Shown here: in pieces, positions 25,718 through 35,741 of the stretch
Position numbering within the stretch: the first letter of the stretch is position 1
Layout: each line of letters opens with the position of its first letter
Assembly: GCA_054600435.1 (NCBI GenBank)
Contig: BAAIJX010000012.1
Coordinates: forward strand, 1-64,000
Direction of reading: 5' to 3'
Source of the DNA: Neophaeotheca triangularis
Taxonomy: Eukaryota
DNA: 64,000 bases
Notes under the pieces: model-generated
Databases searched by the model: none
Told to the model about the DNA's origin: nothing
Seen by the model: only the letters and a program-made list of their open reading frames with translations
Made by a program: the position numbers and the translations under genes

Positions 25718-27892
25718 CTAGCAGATCCTATGCTCAGGTGGTCTCCACGGCACACCCAGCGCCTCGAAGATCTTCGTCTCATCTCTGCCCTCCACCAGCG
25801 TTCCCTCTGTCAATTTGGTCCTATCCTTTCCCCTCATAATATCCTTGTAAAGCCCCCGCTGGTTCAAGCGCATCCCCTTCTTACTAGCCAACAACCTTAG
25901 GCTGCGATTGAAAATATCGTTGCCGGTGAAATAGATAAGAGCCGCTCCAATTTCCTCCGGCGGCACAATGAGCAAATCGAGACGACGCCAGACGTCCGAG
26001 TTAGGCAAGCAGGAAGCACCATGCCATTTGCTACCGTCGTCGCGCGAAGTGATGGCGAGCGAGGCCACGAGGAACTTCGAATCCGTCAGCGAAGGCACCA
26101 AGCGGTTTAAAACTGTCGTCCGTAAATGCCCGCTACTCCCCGTCGGGTGTGTGATGATGCAATCAATATCCCCCGAGTCCTTGCTACCACGCCTATACGA
26201 CCCACCAACAATGACTTCAAAGCGCGGGTCTAGTTTTTGCAGTGCCTCGCGGACGATGGCGCCGTGCTGTTGAACTTCTGCACGCGGGATACGAGTGAGG
26301 AAGTCGTTGTAGTGCTCGACGCCGATGCGCTGGTTGTCTGTAAGATTGGCTTTGGCGTACAGCTCGTCGAGGGTGGTGTAGCCTTCATTTACCCACTTGC
26401 TCGCCTGGACGTGACCGGCACCGTACACTTGCATGAAAGTGCGGAGGACTTGGTCGCCGGGCTCTGCTCGGGCGTTGTCGAGGCGCCGCAATTTGTTCGT
26501 AATGGCGATCTCCTCGATCTTCTCCGCAAGTCTGGCGCCGACGTTTGGCAGCGCGAGCGCTTCTTCTTTTGTGCAGATCTTTCTTGGTTGATTGCGTAGA
26601 GTCGATATTGCCTTGCGGTAAGCTCGTATGCGCCACTCGTCGCCCATCTGGCCGTAGTACTCTGCCATTTGTTGCAAAACAGCTATCGTCGCTAAGTTGG
26701 GATTGCCAGGACTCTCGCCAGTGTGTTTGGTCATGCATTGGAATTTGTCTTGCCAGTTACCCTTCTTCGGAGTCATGGCGGAATGGCCTTGTCCACGTTG
26801 AGGTGCGTCTTCATCGTCTGTCGACAGCCCGTCTGCGCTCATTGGTCGACTAGGCGTTTCTTCGTCATCCAAGGGAACGTAATGTAGTTCTTTCGCTTGC
26901 TTAATGGCAGCGTCAAACTCGCTTGTGCTCGCTGTCTCGACCAAAGGTTTGCTGTATCCTGCTGGATTTGGTCCCGTGTCCTTTGTTAGCGCAGTATCAG
27001 GCCGGCGTCTCTGCCCTTCTGTAGAGCTTTGGGTCTCTGGTAGGCGCACTGTGACTGCTTTGCCGGCAGGCTTCAACTTTAGTGATACATCGGAGCCTGT
27101 TGAAGCCTCTTTCGGTATTGTGGCCACTTTCGCCGGGACGTGTCCCTTGACTCTGAACTGAAATTGCGTCGGATCGAGAAGCGACCGGTAAGAAATGCAT
27201 TCAGGTGGAAAGTTCTCATTCACTAGAATGACACCCTCTGGTAATTTCTCGAGCTTGAGGTATTTCATTAGAAGCGCATAATCCATGTTGCTGTCCACAA
27301 CGACGTGGGTAACGTGCGGGCTCCAGTCTTTCTGCCAGGTAGCGCCGAATTGCAGTGCTTTATTGATGCGCATGCGGCGTGCCGGGTGTCCATCACTGTT
27401 GGGGAAGAAGTAGAAGTGTAGATCTTTGAAGATCTGCTGCTCCTCTGGCAGAGCAGGAAGCTCGTTATTGCGTTTCCGCTTCCCCGTAGCTAAGGGAATC
27501 GCGCCTGTGACAGTATGTCTTTGTTGGAGTGATGGCGCTGGTTTTTCCGGCACTCGACGAGGAGCCGGTGAGGTCTCAATAGAATGAGGTGCTGCTGATA
27601 CGTCTGGTGTCTCTTGCGGCATGTTTGTAACGGCTGACATTGATCGTGCGAGAGACCTACCCGACAAAGGTCCATATTGTCTAGGCGGCTGAATCTCGAC
27701 AGGCGCTATTTGTTTATCGCTGTCCCCACGAGTAGAGGTGCCCCTTGCCGAAACCCCTCGTCTTTGTTTCCTAAGTGCGGCCACTGATGCTAGCCTTCCT
27801 GTATCTGGCTGCTCATCATCACTGGGTTGCTCCAATCTGCCGTAAAAGGACTGCTTCCAGGAAAGCCGATCTGCCTTGCCCGAGTCTGTCAT
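25718..27892 (-). CDS. POL4: DNA polymerase lambda (X family) with BRCT and lyase domains
   Basis: BRCT (VTHVVVD), WRIRAYRKAI, GGSYRRG..SGDIDCIITH, RRLDLL, YFTGNDIFNRSLR, W..PEHR. Confidence 0.93.
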   Translation of the reverse strand: MTDSGKADRLSWKQSFYGRLEQPSDDEQPDTGRLASVAALRKQRRGVSARGTSTRGDSDKQIAPVEIQPPRQYGPLSGRSLARSMSAVTNMPQETPDVSAAPHSIETSPAPRRVPEKPAPSLQQRHTVTGAIPLATGKRKRNNELPALPEEQQIFKDLHFYFFPNSDGHPARRMRINKALQFGATWQKDWSPHVTHVVVDSNMDYALLMKYLKLEKLPEGVILVNENFPPECISYRSLLDPTQFQFRVKGHVPAKVATIPKEASTGSDVSLKLKPAGKAVTVRLPETQSSTEGQRRRPDTALTKDTGPNPAGYSKPLVETASTSEFDAAIKQAKELHYVPLDDEETPSRPMSADGLSTDDEDAPQRGQGHSAMTPKKGNWQDKFQCMTKHTGESPGNPNLATIAVLQQMAEYYGQMGDEWRIRAYRKAISTLRNQPRKICTKEEALALPNVGARLAEKIEEIAITNKLRRLDNARAEPGDQVLRTFMQVYGAGHVQASKWVNEGYTTLDELYAKANLTDNQRIGVEHYNDFLTRIPRAEVQQHGAIVREALQKLDPRFEVIVGGSYRRGSKDSGDIDCIITHPTGSSGHLRTTVLNRLVPSLTDSKFLVASLAITSRDDGSKWHGASCLPNSDVWRRLDLLIVPPEEIGAALIYFTGNDIFNRSLRLLASKKGMRLNQRGLYKDIMRGKDRTKLTEGTLVEGRDETKIFEALGVPWRPPEHRIC

Positions 27893-28435
27893 GTTGAATG
27901 AAAGACGACGGCGCTGCGATCAAGTAGTATTCGGGCGAAGAAATCGTTCAAGGCGACCTACAGGGTGATGTGGAAATACAACAGGCTGCCTTCCAATAGA
28001 TTTCGACCAAGAAAGCCTACAAGGCACCTGGGCGGGTGGTGGCGATCTGGGCCAATACTCGCTGAACGATTGATTCGAACAGGCTCGTGTATTACATGAC
28101 CGTCAGATGTCGTTGCCAATTGAAGATGATTGGAGGTCTACAGGTAGGTAATGTCGATGTTGATGTTGATGTCGATGCTGATGTTGATGTTGATGTAGGA
28201 AGAATGGAAGGGGCGCACGTGCCCAAGGTCTTGGCGAATCACATGCTTCGGAAGTGGATCACGGGCATCGAAGCAGCAGATTAGACAGATTGGGCAAAAA
28301 GTCAAGGCGGTGAACAATTGAATGTTTGACCACTACCGTACCTAGGTACTACCCCTACCTCGCCATCAACTCTCGCACCTCCACTGCTCCACTTGCTCGA
28401 CATCTGGTGCTCTCTTCTGCATTGAATTCGTCAGC

Positions 28436-30880
28436 ATGGGGAGGAAGCCAAACTCGCTCGTGCTCGAGTTCTTCGAGCGTGGCGACAAATTGGAAGACCA
28501 TAGCAACCGCTACCAATTCACCTGCAAGAACTGCGGCGATTTTGTAAGACGGTTTCCTCAGCTGATTTGAGAGTCACTTGTAACTCTTACTGATACATCA
28601 AATAGTTCGCGAAAGGGCGCATCGACAGCTTACTCGGTCACGTTCAGAAGAAATGCCCCAACGTCACTCCGTGGGATCGCGACCGAGTCGCTTTCCATCA
28701 GCAAAATAACTCTCAGGCTTCCAGGAACGCTCAGATAAACCAAAGTGCCCCCGAGACCAACACCATGATGGCCTTCAACGGCTTCCAGAACAACCAGCCC
28801 GACCTCGTCCAGTACGAACTGCCGCTTCCCCCTTTCTACTCGCAACAGGATTCGCAAGGACCATTCTACTCCCAGACGGGCCAATCTGCGCTCGAAACCC
28901 TTGCAGAAGTCTCCCGCCAACATCTCGACTATTCTTCACAGAGGCCTCCTTACGGTACGAATGCGTATGGCCACGACCAAGACATGCTGGGGGCAGATCA
29001 AGGCGCAGAGCAGGCCCTCATCTCGGAACTCAACCAGCACGTCCATCAGGGCGAGCAATCACAGCAAGCGTTCGCAAATGCTGTGCTGGCATCGAGTGCT
29101 CTTACATCGTCTCCCCTTGTTCAAACTGCGTCAGCGGCAAATCATCATCTAGAGCACTCACAGGTGGACGATTCTAGTCAGCATACCCAAAACCTAGACC
29201 CTAATCTGGACAGCCAACAACATGAGCAGCCGCGGGTTAGCCCTCCAAAGCAGCAGCCAAGCCAGGCTCAGGGCAGCAATGTCTTCACCTGGCAACAGAG
29301 CGACACCGGTGGTAAACCTACTCAGAGTTTTGGTTCGCTGACTGTAAGCATGCCATCCAATGATCCCGATCCAGATCTGAGCCTCGCCCAGGACACAAGC
29401 AAGAGCAAGGCGCGCAGTCGTTTCAACGATAATCGCCGAAAGCAGGTGCAGTCGATTCGCAAGCAAGGAGCCTGCATTCGTTGTCGGATGCTCAAGAAGC
29501 CGGTAAGTGCCGTTGCCTACCCTGAAATTAGAGCTTGCACCTTTGCTAATCCACGCACAGTGCTCGGAGGGAACACCATGTCAGACCTGCAGCAACGTTG
29601 ATTCGGCGCGCCTCTGGAAAGGAAAGTGCCTCAGGACGAGATTGGCCGACGAGTTCACCCTGTACTCGACCTCGCTCTTCCACGCTCAAGCGCAACTCGA
29701 GGTACTCGCAGAAATCGAGAGCCTCCAAAACGATATCCTACCAGGTCAAGTTGAAGCTAAGATATTCCCTGCGGCAGACATCTCTATGTCTTTCCACATG
29801 CGACGATACGCAAGCTCAGGGCAGAATAGTGACTCGGAGCCTATTTTGGTAATACAAGACTCTGAGTTACACGAGGGAGGAACAGGCCACGAGAAAGTGG
29901 AACGCTACTTTAGCAAGGCCACAGAAGCTTGTATCGAATCGGAGCAGTCTCAATTCCTCAAGGCCACCCTCCAACAAGCGGTAGACTTGTCGCGCAAGAG
30001 CAAGGAAGCCGACGTGGGCCCAAAAGACAAGAACGCCACTCGTGCAAGCTACAACTTACAAGACAAGCTCCTAGACGACATTATAAGCCTATGCGTAGCC
30101 ACGAACTTCCTCACGCGCCCGCACGACCAACATCTCGAGCTCTTCTACCAAGGTCCCTCGATAGTTCAAAAAAGCCCAACCACAGGCGAACTCGAAGACA
30201 TCCACGCCGACAAAATCCCCATCGACCAAACCACCCTCAGCCACCGCCTAATCACCCGCCAGCTCCTCGCCGCGACCGAAACCCTCTGCAGCAAACTTGG
30301 CAAACTCGTCATGAACGAGCTCGAGCGACGTCTGCTGCAGCGCCAGCAAGCCTCAGCTTTCGCAACAATCATAGCCTCGACGCTCCTCCTCAGCTGCGTC
30401 GAGCGCATGTGCGGCCTCTACACCTCTTCGACCCCACCGGCCGCCGAAACCGACCCGGCAACTACCCCCTTCTCCACCTGGCCCCTAGACACCCCGCCCC
30501 AAGCGCTCATAGCCCAAGGCCCCCGCTTTAGCGATTTACTCCTTACTCTCCTACGCATGCGTGCCTTGCCGCCCCGCACCGTTATCGCGGCTGATGGCAC
30601 TTTGCGCGTCCGTCAGGACAACGAGATGCCGGTGCAGTTTGGCGGGCGCGCGACTAAAGTGCCAGAGGCCGAGGAGGTGGAGCTTTATGTGCAGTGGTTG
30701 GATCCTTTGGGGTTGAGTGCGAGGGAGTTGATGGCTGCGAGTGCTGGGACGGAGATTGGGGGCGGGGAGGGTGGAGGTGAGGTTGAGGAGGGTGGTGGGG
30801 TTGGTGGTGGCGGGGAGAGGTGGGATATGAGGTTTGTGGCTGATGTGCTGTTGCCACAGCGGCCGGCAGGGAAGGAGTAG
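28436..30880 (+). CDS. Zn(II)2Cys6 transcription factor with N-terminal BED-like zinc finger; exons 28436-28543, 28606-29502, 29561-30880
   Basis: MGRKPNSLVLEFF..YQFTCKNCGDF|FAKGRIDSLLGHVQKKC and ACIRCRMLKKP|CSEGTPCQTC. Introns 28544-28605 and 29503-29560 have GTAAG donors and branch sites, and the frames join. Confidence 0.87.
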
Positions 30881-31285
30881 GGGGAGGTAGGATGAGGTGG
30901 AAGTTTGAACGAGGTGTGATGGGAGACTGAAGGCGAAGATATTGCAGGGGGAAGAGGCAAAAGGATGGGTGGATGGGAAAGACTACGGCGCGCATGCGAC
31001 ATGATTGAACGAATTTAGCGTTGGCGCTGGAGGCTCTTCGAATGATGATTGAAAGACAACTGTGCAGTATCGAATCGTATCATGTTGTTGTTGTTCAAGG
31101 TACTTTCCTGTGCTATGCGACCGCGATGCTATGCGTCAATGCGAGCGGCATTGCCTGACGTGCCCGCGTGAAGTCCCAATGCATCATCTTCACCAACGCC
31201 ATGCATGCTCTATCAGTCGCTGTCGCACTCTAGCATGTCCCTAATCTCGCGGTCCTATCACGAATCTGTCTCAACTGATCGTCCA

Positions 31286-32999
31286 TCACAACAACTCGTT
31301 TCCCCCAACCATCTCCTTCTCCACAACCCTCCAAACCCCAGGCACATTGCCCACCTTTTCAGTCGTGGCCTGAAACGCAATCGGCGTCATGGGATGACTG
31401 AACATCCAACCAGCAGCATTACAAAGCGCAGCGACAATCTCATCGCACTCGCCCAACAACTGCACGTCGAAGCCAAAGTCCGCGTTCCTCTCCCTACCCA
31501 CGTAAATCTGCGGCACGTTTGGGGCAACGAGCTCGCAGATTTTAGACACGGGCGCGACTTTCAGCGACGTGCCGAGCACGAGCACCATGTCGGCTTTGTG
31601 GCGGTCGCGCTCGATCATGCGCTCGCAGAAGTCACCGACGTGTTCACCGTACATGATGATGCCTGGCTTCATGACGCCGGCGGAGGCGTAAGGATCCGGG
31701 TCGTCGACGCCGGCGTCTTTGGCTGAGCGTTTGCGGCTGCTGGTGCGGGTGGGCTGTGTGGAGTTGCTTTTGGCGGCTTGTTTGGCGGTGATGCGCTCGA
31801 TGCAGGCTTTGCAGCGGGGAACGCGCTTGGCGTGGATGTCAGCATAAATGGCGGTGCCAGGGACTAGTTGGTGGCATTTGAGGCATTGGGCTGTGGCGAA
31901 GCTGCCATGACACTGAACGAAGCGCTTTTGGTTGAGACCCGCCGTGGTCTCGAGATTGTCGATGTTCTGGGTGTAGTTGTTGAGTAAGCGGCCCTGGTCT
32001 TGTAGCGTCTTGATGAAGTGATGGGTAGGGGAGTGTAGCTTGTTTTGGGCGAGCAGGAAGTCGACGGCGACCTTGTAGAATTTGCTGGGGTCATATTAGC
32101 CAAATGCCATGCTTCCACTGGCAAATGTTAAAGCTCACCTTGGATCTTCGTTGAAATTGTCAATGTCCAGCAACTCCATCGGATCATCATACCCCATTTC
32201 TTGAAGCTTAGCAAAGAAGCCAGTATCTTTTGATCGAAAGTCTGGGATGCCCACAGAGGTGGAGATGCCGGCGCCTGTGATGACCAAGATATTCCGTTGG
32301 GTCTTGAGGAGCCACGCAACGTGATCGAGGGTGTTGGGGCGAGGGAGTCTGTTGCGCTTTTTGAGTTCGCGTGTGAGAGACTTTTCGAGTTTGGGCAAGT
32401 AGGCATCGACTGCGACATCTTCGTCCTTCCTCGGATCCTCACCGAAGATAGAGGCGATTTGACGTAGAGTCATGCCAGCTAGGGTGACCGTCTCCCTGAG
32501 GTATTCCTGAGGCCCCAGTTCTCGGAGTCTGCTGTAGTGGACATCGTATTCGTCCGCGAGATCGTAATCGTCGTCTGCAAACGCGTTAGAAGTATGGCCG
32601 TGTATAGTGGAGTACTGTCTCTTACCTTCACCAATCGGCTCCTTTGTACCAGCGACCTTGCCCAGCACCTGAAGCAGGGGCCTGCCACCGTCAGGCGCAC
32701 AACTCTTGCCGGAGGCAGCCTTACCATCAGGCGTCGTGAGATCCACCACGTTCTTCGCCTCTTGCCGGGCTACTTGTTCGATGGGGGAACGGGGGCCGTT
32801 GATATGCAGGCCAGAAGACTTTCGGCGTTCTGGAGAGAAGTCGTCAGCATCGTAGCTCAGCGTAAGGGAATGTAGGTGGTCAAGTACTCTGTGGGCGTCC
32901 TGAACCCTCTTCAAAAGAAACAGCGCTGTCAGTGCGAGCGGCATGGTTGACGAGTTTGATCTTGGGCCTTTTCGCCGTAGCTGAGCGTGGTTCTGCCAT
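31286..32999 (-). CDS. Class I sirtuin (Sir2/Hst1-like NAD-dependent deacetylase), divergent; exons 32999-32888, 32829-32139, 32084-31286
   Basis: GAGISTSVGIPDFRS, YTQNID, QCHGSF, CxxC...CxxC, GTSLKVAPV, LLGECD. Introns 32830-32887 and 32085-32138 join the frames; the first exon is less certain. Confidence 0.88.
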
Positions 33000-34535
33000 G
33001 CTTGCTACCAGCAGAGTGGCGTCGTACTTGTATGTGCGTGAGAGGAGAGAATGGCGGCGAATAGGTGGTGAAAGGGAGAAGATGGGTGGTGAACCTTGGA
33101 ATGGTGCCGAATTGATTTGTTTACGGGTGGAATCTGCAGGTAGGTGCTGCAGTGCGTAATAGGCAGGCACGACGCTCGTTGTTGGGCTTTTTGGGACGGC
33201 AGGACCTAGGTAGGCTCTACCACGCTGCGCACTCCGACAGGCCGCATTGCTGAGGTGGTTTCTCCCGATCTTCCTCAGGGCAACAGTCAGGCAGCGATAC
33301 ACACATTATACTTGTCAATATTAAGATAGATGGGTAGCTCGGTAGGTATTCGATTCTAGGTACTCGACTGTCAGCATCATGGCCCGGCACAGGGATAAGA
33401 CTCCTTTTGAGCAAGAACTCAAGTGGCTCCTTACAAGACGCTCCATCTCAAGGCAATGCCGCCGTGGCACCAACGCATACTACGCCAGGACCCTCGTGCT
33501 CGTCTCTCATGATGCCATCTGTCGATTTGACAGCATTACAAGAAGCATTCGTCGAGAGATGTAGTTGGAAAAAGCGCGGCTTGGCAGGAACTTCACCTGG
33601 TACAGCGGACCGCGGCGGGCCAACATCGCGCTCTTCGGTCTGACCACATACCATTCTCTCCTTCATTCGACGACAGATACTGGTAATACATGACAACTTC
33701 CTCTGGACGCCTTCAGCCCGGATTTGCTCCTACTGCATGTGATCACCATGTCTTGACAATGCGGAACACGAGATGTACTAGGCCTCTAATAGGGAGAGAG
33801 GTACAGGTGCCTAAACCCTCGCATGAGCGCACTTAAGATGGTGAGAACGCAAGTCGCAGACAGCAGACCTAAGGGTACCACGCCGTCGACGGCTGATCAT
33901 TGCAAAGTCATCACAAGCTATGCTACTTTCCGCACAGATTAGCTTCGCTGCAGTAGAATCTTCGCTCACGACGATACAACACGTTGGGGAGGGAATTTTG
34001 GCGTCCTGCCACAAAGTGCTAGTGTTTGCTCGCCCGATTCATGTGATACAAAATTGCATCGTTGGTGCTATACTGTATTTCCTCGCTGTCGACCCTCTCG
34101 CGCTTTGCATCCTCAGCTGGGCGTTCCACTGCATCTCCCATTTTCCCATATCTCAACACGTCCATCGCTTTGGCCGGCCAATCGCAGACCTTCGACTGGC
34201 CCAGGCTTATAAATTGTTGAGCCGTCCGAGAGGTCCACTGATCGAAGAGCAAGGCGCCGTGTTTCCGCTCTGGTTTTCGCCGTGCTGCTTTTGTGTACAA
34301 TTGCAGCCCTTTTGATGGGCAGTTTGGCCAAACCGCGCGCCAGTATCACGGCCGAGACGTGAGTGCGCCGAGCCGTGGCGTATGACTTCAACCCTCCTCA
34401 TAGGAGTAGAGCGCATCAGCGATACAGCCGCCAGATCCAGTTTACTCCCTTTGAAACTCGGCCGGGCACCCTCGTGACGGTCTTTGCAGCCCAGTCACGA
34501 ACATTCTCATCTTCTTTCCAAGCGACAACGCCCTC

Positions 34536-35395
34536 TCATCTCCAACCCCCAACCCTGCCCTCATCCCACCTGCCCTTCCTCTCCCGCCTCAAAAACTCCA
34601 CCTTTTCCGCCTCCTTCACCCTCCTCACAAAGTCACCAACCTCCCTCTCCCCAGCCCTCCCACCCTCCTCCAACCAGCTCTCCTCGAGCCCTTTCAACAA
34701 ATTCTGCTGCTCCTGCACACTGCCATTTAACCGCTGATACAACGCCATGGGCGAGAAGGACTTGAGCGCATCCTCTGTCTCCGAGATCTTGGAACGGTGG
34801 GATTGCTCTAGAGCGCGGAGGGCCAGGAGCCGGGATTGCAGTGCCGAGCGTCTGGCTGTTAGGCGCTTTTCGAGATCCGAGAGGGTGTTTGAGAGTTGGA
34901 GGTTGGTGTTTAAGAGGGGTTGGAGGTGTGACTGCGAGGCTGGTATGGAAGGATGCGTGGTTTCTGGGTTGGTGAGAAGGGCGTTCTGGAGCTCGGGGTC
35001 TTGGAGGAGGTCGTGGAGGTCGGATGTACTTTTGCGAGCGCTTTAGTGGGGGGATTCTAGATGATAGTGCGTTTTACTCTTGTGGTTTATTCATACCTCT
35101 TCTCTTTTAAGCTCTCCGGGAGCCAACCCTGCTCAATCCGCGGGATATGTGGTTGCTGCTGTCCTTGCTGCTGCTGGTACCTATGTCCTTGGCTAGCATC
35201 TAGCTCAGACGGTCCATTCTGAGCTTGCGGAGGAGGCGGTGGCAGTGGAGGACCTCGATTTGCTGGCGTCGAAGAGCTGGAAGGCTTTGGTGGGGGTGGT
35301 GGAGGGGTCGCGGAGTAGTGGGTAGGTTGTGTCATTGGGTTTGGAGTGGCATAGCTCGAGCCTTGCCCCTGATATGGCGCAGGTGTGTAGGACAT
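34536..35395 (-). CDS. VPS37: ESCRT-I subunit Vps37 (Mod(r) domain); exons 35395-35097, 35028-34536
   Basis: Pro-rich N-terminus, FSPMALYQRL..EESWLE..FLRRERKGRWDEGRVGGWR. Intron 35029-35096 (GTATGA...ACTAAA...AAG) joins phase 2. Confidence 0.82.
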
Positions 35396-35741
35396 GCTGT
35401 CGTACCGATTATACTCGTTTCAAGGAGGCATCCCGGCAATGACGTGTTTCTAGTACAGTCGTGGAGGTAGAGCTCGAGCTGGGGTGGTGAAGTCGGCGGA
35501 ATGACATCCGAGATGCTTGGACTCGATCACCTTGCAGCCCTTGGGAGCTTCTATATTTACATACTCTACCAAGAACAAACGCGTAGCCACCTGTTCAATC
35601 GCCAGTAACATAAATGATGGATATTCACAATCGCCGAGGGTGACATTTACTCATTCGATGCGGCGTCGGAAGAAAAGTGGACGCGAATCCGGATCCCGAT
35701 CAATTCCAGCTACAATTCAGACTTAATCACCGCAATAGAAG

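Noticed and set aside
33300..34420. Short ORFs between the sirtuin and VPS37 (e.g. 33920..34315, 34019..34300), and ORFs 20274..20729 and 12395..12643
   Set aside because: No recognisable motifs, non-ATG or unsupported starts, and no consistent exon chain.
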